Shown here: positions 1 through 6,970 of the stretch, piece after piece
How positions within the stretch are numbered: the stretch's first letter is position 1
Layout: each line of letters begins with the position of its first letter
Source: Acidimicrobiales bacterium
GTDB taxonomy: Bacteria > Actinomycetota > Acidimicrobiia > Acidimicrobiales > AC-9
Direction of reading: 5' to 3'
Assembly (NCBI GenBank): GCA_036270875.1
Contig: DATBBR010000074.1
Location: 1,040-65,039, forward strand
Length of the DNA stretch: 64,000 nt
The notes under the pieces: generated by a model
Databases searched by the model: none
What the model saw: only the letters and a program-made list of their open reading frames with translations
Told to the model about the DNA's origin: nothing
Made by a program: the position numbers and the translations under genes

Positions 1-2
1 AA

Positions 3-380
3 CGGTGTCTCGACATGAGCGTCGAGTACGCCAAGGAGCGGGTGCAGTTCGGCCGCCCCATCGGCAGCTTTCAGGCCATCAAGCACAAGTGCGCCGACAT
101 GCTTCTCGAGGTCGAGTCGGCCAAGTCAGCGGCCTACTACGCCGGATGGGCCGCGGCCGAGAGCTCTGACGAGCTGCCCGTGGTGGCCAGCCTGGCCAAG
201 GCCTACTGCTCTGACGCCTACTTCCACGCCGCCGCCGAGAACATCCAGATCCACGGCGGCATCGGGTTCACCTGGGAGCACGACGCCCATCTGTACTTCA
301 AGCGGGCCAAGTCCTCCGAGCTGCTCCTCGGCGATCCGACCTACCACCGGGAGCTGCTCGCCCAGCGCATCGGCCTCTGA
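3..380 (+). CDS. Acyl-CoA dehydrogenase, C-terminal part (gene starts before the window)
   Basis: EYAKERVQFGRPIGSFQAIKHKCADM and IQIHGGIGFTWEHDAHLYFKRA are acyl-CoA dehydrogenase C-terminal motifs; the frame is open to the window edge. Confidence 0.9.
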   Translation, partial: RCLDMSVEYAKERVQFGRPIGSFQAIKHKCADMLLEVESAKSAAYYAGWAAAESSDELPVVASLAKAYCSDAYFHAAAENIQIHGGIGFTWEHDAHLYFKRAKSSELLLGDPTYHRELLAQRIGL

Positions 381-391
381 GCCAGCCTCGC

Positions 392-411
392 CCGACGCCG
401 GGCGGCGTCGG
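392..411 (+). terminator. GC-rich hairpin after the acyl-CoA dehydrogenase stop
   Basis: ccgacgcc-gggc-ggcgtcgg, 8-bp stem; no U-tract. Confidence 0.35.
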
Positions 412-434
412 CGCGTGACTAACCTGGCTCGGTC

Positions 435-893
435 ATGGTCACTGTCGTGCTGGTGATCGTGGCCGCGGTGCTCGTGGCGGCTCTGGTGGCGACGGCGGCC
501 ACCGTCACCAGGCAGACCGAGCGGCGACGGCCCTCAACGCGGCGGCGCGCACAAGGGCGGCGGGCCGTCGATCAGGATGTGGTGGCGTCGTGGGTGACGC
601 GTCACCTGCCGTTCGAGGTCAGCGAGCGGCTCAGCCCCCAGGACGTACGCCAGATCATCGACTGGAACCTCGAGTTCTTCCGCTCCCGCACCACCTCGGG
701 TAACGGCCACTCGGCCAGCGCCGAAGCACCGATCGTGGTCGCCGGGGCCGAGACCGTCGACTACGTCCTGGGGCGGGCCGACGCGGTGGGGACCTCGTAC
801 ACACCCGCCCAGGTGCACGCCGTCCTGGCCGCCCAGATGAGCTACCTGCAGTCCATCGGGGCCATCGGCGAGGATCCGCCGGAGTCTCGTTGA
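435..893 (+). CDS. Hypothetical protein with an N-terminal transmembrane helix
   Basis: 152-aa ORF with hydrophobic N-terminus VTVVLVIVAAVLVAALVATAA that fills the gap between neighbours; family not recognised. Confidence 0.7.
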   Translation: MVTVVLVIVAAVLVAALVATAATVTRQTERRRPSTRRRAQGRRAVDQDVVASWVTRHLPFEVSERLSPQDVRQIIDWNLEFFRSRTTSGNGHSASAEAPIVVAGAETVDYVLGRADAVGTSYTPAQVHAVLAAQMSYLQSIGAIGEDPPESR

Positions 894-906
894 GCGGGCC
901 TGGCGC

Positions 907-912
907 GATACT
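907..912 (+). promoter_or_regulatory. Candidate -10 element of a leaderless transcript
   Basis: GATACT 6 nt before the GTG at 919, with no Shine-Dalgarno (SD) sequence. Confidence 0.4.
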
Positions 913-918
913 GAATCG

Positions 919-1368
919 GTGGCGTCGACACCAGATCGGGGCTCGGGAGAGGGTCGGCTGCGGGCCTCGGACGCCGATCGGGACCGGGTGGCCGCCGTGC
1001 TGCGGCAGCACTGCTCCGCCGGACGGCTGACTTTCGAGGAGCTCTCCGAACGGCTGGGGCAGGTCTACCAGGCTCGTACCCTCGACCAGCTGTTCTCCCT
1101 CACCAACGACCTGCCAGATCCGGAGCCCCACCCGCACGTGGGTGAGTACCTCCCCCAGCCACGATCGGTCGTTCCGGCGAGACGGCGCGCCGTGGCCGTC
1201 GACGCGGTGACGTACGCCGTGATCAGCGCCGTGCTGGTGGCCGTGTGGGCCGTGGCGGGAGGGGGCTACTTCTGGCCGATCTGGCCGATCGTCATCTGGG
1301 GGGTAGCCCTCGCCGTGCACGCGGTCAGCGTGTTTCGGCGACCAGGTGGCGACAGCGGCAGCGCGTGA
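919..1368 (+). CDS. DUF1707 (SHOCT-like) plus 2TM domain membrane protein
   Basis: RLRASDADRDRVAAVLRQHCSAGRLTFEELSERL...ARTLDQL is the DUF1707 pattern; C-terminal WAVAGGGYFWPIWPIVIWGVALAVHA is the 2TM pattern. Confidence 0.85.
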   Translation: MASTPDRGSGEGRLRASDADRDRVAAVLRQHCSAGRLTFEELSERLGQVYQARTLDQLFSLTNDLPDPEPHPHVGEYLPQPRSVVPARRRAVAVDAVTYAVISAVLVAVWAVAGGGYFWPIWPIVIWGVALAVHAVSVFRRPGGDSGSA

Positions 1369-1448
1369 CGGATATCGGCGTGGAAATGCCTCCGCTGTGC
1401 CCGTCCGTCCGTATAGCCTGTTGCCACCAGAGAAAGGAGGTGGTCCAA

Positions 1449-1493
1449 CTGAACTGTCAAACCGCAGGGACCCTGGAGGTGGCTGGCCGCTAG
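1449..1493 (+). CDS. Putative 14-aa small peptide (L/M)NCQTAGTLEVAGR with CTG start
   Basis: Very strong SD (AGAAAGGAGG 1431-1440) 8 nt before CTG; TAG at 1491-1493; non-canonical start, so speculative. Confidence 0.3.
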   Translation: MNCQTAGTLEVAGR

Positions 1494-1608
1494 GGCGGCC
1501 GCTGGACCACCTGGTGAATCTCAGCCAGACACCGCTCGGCGAGGCGGTCGGGAGCCGGTCCCACCTGATGTCGTAGGTCCTCGTCGGGTCCTTTCCAGCA
1601 GTTTCGTC

Positions 1609-1634
1609 CCGGGGGGCGCTTCGGCGCCCCCCGG
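1609..1634 (+). terminator. Strong stem-loop, probable terminator or 3' stabiliser
   Basis: ccggggggcgc-ttcg-gcgccccccgg: perfect 11-bp stem with a C(UUCG)G loop. Confidence 0.65.
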
Positions 1635-1676
1635 AACTCTGTCCGGGCCAGGTTGGCTCCCGATTGCCAGGGGTAG

Positions 1677-2444
1677 GTGCGAGTCGTGCAGTTGGACATA
1701 CGCAGCGGTGGGCTCACGCTGCGTGGGTATCTGGTGCGACCCGACCTCGAGCCGGATCAGTCCTGCGGGTTGCTCGTCGTGTGCCACGGCTTTCCGGCCG
1801 GTCCGAAGGGAGCGGCGGGCGCCGGTCACACCTACCCCCAGCTCGCCGACCGGTTGACGGCGGAGGCCGGGTGGGCGGTCCTGACGTTCAACTTCCGGGG
1901 TACGGGGGAGTCCGAGGGCGACTTCTCCCTCGGTGGCTGGATGGACGATCTCAGGGCCGTGGTCGACCACGCCCTCGGTCTGGCCCATATCCGTGGCGTG
2001 TGGCTGGCCGGGTTCAGCACGGGCGGTTCGCTCGCCCTGTGCGGGGCGGGCGAAGACGAGCGGGTCCGCGGCGTCGCCGCCCTGGCCGCTCCGTCTGACT
2101 TCTCGCATTGGGCCGCCGCTCCCGATCGCCTCCTGGCTGAAGCCGGTGACCTCGGGGTGGTGCGTAGCGCTGGTTTCCCCGACGACCCCGATGCCTGGGC
2201 GAGAGAGCTCGACGAGCTTCGGCCGCTCGCGCTGGTGGGGAAGGTGCCGCCCCGGCCTCTGCTGATCGTGCACGGCGGGGACGACACGGTCGTTCCCCTG
2301 GTGGAGGCGCGGGCCCTCGACGATGCCGCCGACGGTCGGGGAGAGCTGCGGGTGCTCTCCGGAGCGGGTCACCGCCTGCGCCACGATCCTCGGGCCATCG
2401 CCGTCCTGCTGGGGTGGCTCGAGCGCCAGGGCGAGGGGGCCTGA
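1677..2444 (+). CDS. Alpha/beta-fold hydrolase
   Basis: CHGF oxyanion motif, FNFRGTGESEGDF, nucleophile elbow GFSTGG, HGGDDTVV Asp and GAGH His. Confidence 0.88.
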   Translation: MRVVQLDIRSGGLTLRGYLVRPDLEPDQSCGLLVVCHGFPAGPKGAAGAGHTYPQLADRLTAEAGWAVLTFNFRGTGESEGDFSLGGWMDDLRAVVDHALGLAHIRGVWLAGFSTGGSLALCGAGEDERVRGVAALAAPSDFSHWAAAPDRLLAEAGDLGVVRSAGFPDDPDAWARELDELRPLALVGKVPPRPLLIVHGGDDTVVPLVEARALDDAADGRGELRVLSGAGHRLRHDPRAIAVLLGWLERQGEGA

Positions 2445-2447
2445 GCC

Positions 2448-3119
2448 TCACCCGTCGTGGCGTCCGACGCCGGCCAGTGCGTCCTCCAGCGCGCCGCGCA
2501 GAGCCCGGGCCCGGCCCTCGGGATCGGCGGCCTCGGTCAGGAAGCGAACGACCACGAAGCGGCGACCGCCAGCCTCCACCATTGGCCCCACCGTCTCCGG
2601 CGAGACGCCGCCGGTGACGAAGAAGGGTAGGCCGGTGCTGGCCGCCACATGGGACACGTACCCCAGCCCGGTGCCGGCCCGCCCCGGCTTGGTCGGTGTG
2701 GGCGTGACGGGCCCGGCCGACAGGTAGTCGACCGGCTCGCGGTCGGCGGCCTCGAGCTGGGCGGGACCGTGCGTCGACAGCCCGACGAGGGCGTCGGGAC
2801 CCATGATCCGTCGGGCGAGGGTGGGCGGGGCGTCCTCCTGGCCCACGTGGACACCGTCGGCTCCGAGCTCGACGGCGAGGTCCGGCCGGTCGTTGAGCAC
2901 GAAGGGAACGTTGTGGTCGCGGCACACCTCGAGGGCGAGGCGGGCGCGCGCCATCAGCGGTCGCGCCTCGAGCGACTTCTCCCGCAGCTGGACGAGGTCG
3001 ACGCCGCCGCGGATGCAGGCGGCCAGGAAGCTGGTGAGGTCTGGGCGATCGGGGCAGCACAGATAGAGGCGGCGTCCGTCGAGGCGTTGGCGCGCCGTTG
3101 CGGTGATGACGCCCGTCAG
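2448..3119 (-). CDS. thiE: Thiamine-phosphate synthase (start uncertain)
   Basis: GGVDLVQLREK, FVLNDRPDLAVELGADGVHVGQED, GLSTH, GPVTPTPTKPG, FFVTGGV; no ATG/GTG/TTG at the domain start, and the CTG at 3119 overlaps the upstream stop. Confidence 0.9.
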   Translation of the reverse strand: MTGVITATARQRLDGRRLYLCCPDRPDLTSFLAACIRGGVDLVQLREKSLEARPLMARARLALEVCRDHNVPFVLNDRPDLAVELGADGVHVGQEDAPPTLARRIMGPDALVGLSTHGPAQLEAADREPVDYLSAGPVTPTPTKPGRAGTGLGYVSHVAASTGLPFFVTGGVSPETVGPMVEAGGRRFVVVRFLTEAADPEGRARALRGALEDALAGVGRHDG

Positions 3120-3709
3120 GCGCTGGCCGAGGGCTCGGCCCGCGCCTGCGCCTTCATGGCTCGCTTGTGCTCGCGCACCTTCCCGAGCGCGTCGGGACCA
3201 TCGATGTCGGCGACCGACATGAAGCTGTCCGGCCGGCCGAAGGGACCCGCCGCTTCTTCCCAGCCCGGTGGCCGCACGTCCATGCGCTTGCCCAGGAGGG
3301 CGACGAAGATCTTGGCTTTCCGGTCGCCGAACCCGGGCAAGGACCTGACCGTCTTCAGCAGCTCCTGGCCGCTCGCCGCCGAGCGCCAGATGCCGGATGC
3401 GTCCCCGCCGTAGTCGTCGACGACGACCCGGCACAGCTCGTGGACGCGTCGGGCCATGGAGGCGGGGAAGCGGTGCAGGGCAGGCGGGCCGGTGAAGACC
3501 TTGACAAGATCCTCGGGGTCCATCGCCGCCATCGCTCCCGGGTCGAGGCGTCCACCCAACCGTTCGCGCAGCTCGAGGGGGCTCCGAAACGCCCATTCCA
3601 AAGGGACCTGCTGGTCCAGCACCATGCCGATCAGCAGCGCCAGCGGTTCTCTGCTCAGGAGCTCGTCAGCGGCATCATCGCCCGACAGGGCCAGAGAATG
3701 GGCAGCCAC
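3116..3709 (-). CDS. Actinobacterial HhH-GPD-type putative DNA repair protein
   Basis: PLALLIGMVLDQQVPLEWAF, PALHRFPASMA, LPGFGDRKAKIFVALLGK (helix-hairpin-helix), SVADI; GTG at 3709 chosen, ORF open to 3754. Confidence 0.8.
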   Translation of the reverse strand: MAAHSLALSGDDAADELLSREPLALLIGMVLDQQVPLEWAFRSPLELRERLGGRLDPGAMAAMDPEDLVKVFTGPPALHRFPASMARRVHELCRVVVDDYGGDASGIWRSAASGQELLKTVRSLPGFGDRKAKIFVALLGKRMDVRPPGWEEAAGPFGRPDSFMSVADIDGPDALGKVREHKRAMKAQARAEPSASA

Positions 3710-3722
3710 GGGCTCGATTCTG

Positions 3723-6446
3723 TCACGCGTCCCGAGGGTCCGGCCTGTCGGCATCGATGCCGTAGCGGGAGATCGCGTCGGCGACCTCCTCGGCCTTGGC
3801 CTCGCCCAGCTCCACGAGGGCGGTGAGCACGGCGACGACCACGTGGGCGGCGTCGGTCTCGAAATGTCGGCGAAGAGCGGCGCGGGTGTCGGAGCGCCCG
3901 AAGCCGTCGGTGCCGAGCGCGGTGAAGTGAGCCGGCACCCACCTGGCCACCTGGTCGGGCACGGCCTTCATGAAGTCGGTGACCGCCACCACGGGGCCCT
4001 CGTTCTGCGAGAGGACCTCGGTGACGTACGGCGTCCGGGCCTCCTGCCCGGGGTGGAGCCGGTTCCAGCGCTCGGCGGACAGGGCGTCCTCCCGGAGCGC
4101 CTTGTAGGAGGTCACCGACCACGCCTCAGCCGCCACGTCCCAGTCGCGGGCCAGCAGCTCCCGCGCCTCCATCGCCGTCTGCCACGCGGGCCCCGAGAAG
4201 AAGATGGCGGCCCGACGGCGCTGGGACACCTTGCCCCGTGGCCCCTGGGGTGGGCCCGCGAAGCGGTACATCCCCCGGATGACACCCTCTCTCACCCGGT
4301 CGCGGTCCGCGCCTTCGGGCAATGCCGGCATCACGTAGTTCTCGTTGTAGAGCGTGAGGTAGTAGAAGCGATCCTCGGGCTCGTCGCCGTACATGCGGGT
4401 GATGCCCTCGGACACGATGACGGCCACCTCGTAGGCGAAGGCGGGGTCGTAGGCCGAGAGATTGGGGAACGTCGACGCCAGCACGTGTGAGTGGCCGTCC
4501 TGGTGCTGGAGGCCCTCGCCGTTCAACGCCGTGCGCCCGGCGGTGGCCCCGAGCAGGAAGCCGCGTCCCCTGGAGTCACCGAGCGACCAGGCCAGGTCGC
4601 CCACCCGCTGGAACCCGAACATCGAGTAGAAGACGTAGAAGGGGAGCATGGGCTGGCCCCAGGTGGCATACGAGGTGGCGGCGGCCGTGAAGCTGGCCAT
4701 GGAGCCGGCCTCGGTGATGCCCTCCTCCAGGATCTGGCCCGACTCGCTCTCCGAGTACGACAGCAGCAGGTCGGCATCCACGGGCGTGTACCGTTGCCCG
4801 CCGGCGGCGTAGATCTTCACCTCCTTGAACAAGGCGTCAAGGCCGAACGTGCGGGCCTCGTCAGGGATGATCGGCACCACGCGGCTACCGATGGAGTCGT
4901 CACGCAGAAGGTTGCGCAAAAGCCTGGCGAACGCCATCGTCGTCGACACCGCCTGGTTCCTGGAGCCGCCCAGGAACTCCGCGAACGCCTTGGGATCCGG
5001 TGCCGGCAGCGGCCTCGCCCGCACGACCCGAGTAGGCAATGGACCGTGGAGGGCCTTGCGGCGGGTCATCAGGTAGTCGTGCGCTGGCGAGCCGGGAGCG
5101 GGCCGGTAGTAAGGCGGCAGCTCGGCGTCGAGGGCCTGGTCGGGGATCTCGTCCTCGAGGTACAGGCGCTCGCGGAGGCGCAGGAGCTGTGCCTTGCTCA
5201 TCTTCTTGATCTGGTGGGTGGCGTTGCGGGCCTCGATCTCTGGCCCGAGGGTCCAGCCCTTGATCGTCTTGGCCAGGATGACGGTGGGAGTTCCCTGCTG
5301 CTCGGTGGCCGCCTTATAGGCGGCATAGAGCTTGCGGTAGTCGTGACCGCCGCGCGGCAGCGCTTGCAGCTCGGCGTCGGATAGGTGCTCGACCATCCGC
5401 CGCAGCCGCGGGTCGGGACCGAAGAAGTGCTCGCGGATGTAGGCCCCCGACTCGGTCGCGTACTTCTGGTACTCGCCATCCACCGTGGTGGTCATCTTGT
5501 TGACCAGCGCGCCGTCGACGTCGCGCATCAGCAGCTCGTCCCACTTGGAGCCCCAGATCACCTTGATCACGTTCCAGCCCGCGCCGCGGAACGTCGCCTC
5601 CAGCTCCTGGATGATCTTTCCGTTGCCTCGCACCGGCCCGTCGAGGCGCTGGAGGTTGCAGTTGACGACGAAGACGAGGTTGTCGAGCCCTTCGCGGGCC
5701 GCCAGCGACAGGCCGCCGAGGGTCTCGGGCTCGTCCACCTCGCCGTCGCCGAGGAAGCACCACACCCGTGCCGCGGTGGTGTCGGCGAGGTGCCGGTGCC
5801 GGAGGTAGCGGTTGAAGCGCGCCTGGTACACCGCGTTGATCGGGCTCAGCCCCATCGACACGGTGGGGTACTCCCAGAACTCCGGCATCAGCCGGGGATG
5901 GGGATAGCTCGAGAGTCCCTCGCCCCCGATCTCCTGGCGGAAGTTGTCCAGTTGGGTCTCGGTCAGCCGCCCCTCGAGGTAGGCGCGCGCGTAGATGCCC
6001 GGGGAGGCGTGACCCTGGAAGAAGACCTGGTCGCCGGCAGTACCGTCGTCCTTGCCCCTGAAGAAGTGGTTGAACCCGACCTCGTAGAGCGACGCCGAGC
6101 TGGCGTAGGTGGCCAGGTGCCCCCCGATGCCCTCCGAGCGGGCGTTCGCCCTCGTGACCATCACCGCCGCGTTCCACCGTATGAACGCGCGGATTCGCCG
6201 CTCCATGTGCTCGTCGCCGGGGAACCACGGCTCGTCCTCGGGCGGGATCGTGTTGATGTACGGCGTCGAGACCGTGGCTGGAAATCCCACCTGGGCCGCC
6301 CGGGCCCGCTCCAGCAGCTTCATGAGCAGAAAGCTGGCCCTGGTCCGGCCCCGGGTCTCCACGATGGAGTCGAACGAGTCGAGCCACTCGAGGGTCTCCT
6401 CGGGGTCGATGTCCGGAAGCTGATGGGAAAAACCGTCGAATATCAC
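3723..6446 (-). CDS. aceE: Pyruvate dehydrogenase E1, homodimeric AceE type
   Basis: DIDPEETLEWLDS, GGHLATYAS, FQGHASPGIYARA, TPP motif GDGEVDE...NCNLQRLDGPV, TFGLDALF, EGLQHQDG; GTG at 6446 with a GAGGA SD. Confidence 0.97.
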   Translation of the reverse strand: MIFDGFSHQLPDIDPEETLEWLDSFDSIVETRGRTRASFLLMKLLERARAAQVGFPATVSTPYINTIPPEDEPWFPGDEHMERRIRAFIRWNAAVMVTRANARSEGIGGHLATYASSASLYEVGFNHFFRGKDDGTAGDQVFFQGHASPGIYARAYLEGRLTETQLDNFRQEIGGEGLSSYPHPRLMPEFWEYPTVSMGLSPINAVYQARFNRYLRHRHLADTTAARVWCFLGDGEVDEPETLGGLSLAAREGLDNLVFVVNCNLQRLDGPVRGNGKIIQELEATFRGAGWNVIKVIWGSKWDELLMRDVDGALVNKMTTTVDGEYQKYATESGAYIREHFFGPDPRLRRMVEHLSDAELQALPRGGHDYRKLYAAYKAATEQQGTPTVILAKTIKGWTLGPEIEARNATHQIKKMSKAQLLRLRERLYLEDEIPDQALDAELPPYYRPAPGSPAHDYLMTRRKALHGPLPTRVVRARPLPAPDPKAFAEFLGGSRNQAVSTTMAFARLLRNLLRDDSIGSRVVPIIPDEARTFGLDALFKEVKIYAAGGQRYTPVDADLLLSYSESESGQILEEGITEAGSMASFTAAATSYATWGQPMLPFYVFYSMFGFQRVGDLAWSLGDSRGRGFLLGATAGRTALNGEGLQHQDGHSHVLASTFPNLSAYDPAFAYEVAVIVSEGITRMYGDEPEDRFYYLTLYNENYVMPALPEGADRDRVREGVIRGMYRFAGPPQGPRGKVSQRRRAAIFFSGPAWQTAMEARELLARDWDVAAEAWSVTSYKALREDALSAERWNRLHPGQEARTPYVTEVLSQNEGPVVAVTDFMKAVPDQVARWVPAHFTALGTDGFGRSDTRAALRRHFETDAAHVVVAVLTALVELGEAKAEEVADAISRYGIDADRPDPRDA

Positions 6447-6492
6447 CAGTCCATCCTCGCGCTTTCGGTCGGTTAGGAGAGGCTCTCGGGGC

Positions 6493-6960
6493 ATGCTGTT
6501 GGAGATGGCCACGATCGTGTACACCGACGGCGCCTGCATCGGGAACCCGGGCCCGGGCGGGTGGGCCTGGGCGGTCCCCGGCGGTCGCTTCGCCAGCGGC
6601 GCCGAGCCGACGACCACCAACCAGCGCATGGAGATCACGGCGGCCCTCGAGGCCCTCCGGGCGCTGGAGACGCCCGTGGAGGTGGTGAGCGACTCGATCT
6701 ACGTGGTCAACTGCTTCCGGCAGCGGTGGTGGGAGACCTGGGTACGGAAGGGCTGGCGCAACGCGCGCGGAAAGCCCGTCGCCAACCAGGACCTGTGGAA
6801 GCCGCTCGTCGATCTGGTGCGCTCGGAGGCCGGGGTGACCTTCCGGTGGGTGAAGGGGCATTCCACCGATCCCTACAACGACCTCGTCGACGCTCTGGCG
6901 GTGGAGGCGGCTCGCACCCAGGTCGGCCGGGAGGGTGACGGCCCTCCGGTCGTTGGCTAG
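6493..6960 (+). CDS. rnhA: Ribonuclease HI
   Basis: YTDGACIGNPGPGGW, TTNQRMEITAALEAL, SDSIYV, NQDLW, WVKGHS...NDLVDALA. Confidence 0.95.
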   Translation: MLLEMATIVYTDGACIGNPGPGGWAWAVPGGRFASGAEPTTTNQRMEITAALEALRALETPVEVVSDSIYVVNCFRQRWWETWVRKGWRNARGKPVANQDLWKPLVDLVRSEAGVTFRWVKGHSTDPYNDLVDALAVEAARTQVGREGDGPPVVG

Positions 6961-6970
6961 CGAGACGATC

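Larger units (their letters stand above)
1418..1634 (+). ncRNA. Candidate structured RNA, or structured mRNA of a small peptide (family not recognised)
   Basis: Ends pair (ctgttg 1418-1423 with cagcag 1596-1601; gaaagga 1432-1438 with tcctttc 1589-1595); several internal helices; 11-bp terminal hairpin with UUCG loop; TAGCCT -10-like hexamer at 1414-1419. Confidence 0.5.

Noticed and set aside
1431-1447. Match to the reverse complement of the 16S rRNA 3' end as an rRNA gene fragment
   Set aside because: Only 17 nt and the flanks show no rRNA similarity; better read as an extended SD-like site
3120-3760. TPP riboswitch upstream of thiE
   Set aside because: The upstream sequence is coding, and no TPP aptamer core (UGAGA...CCCU) is evident
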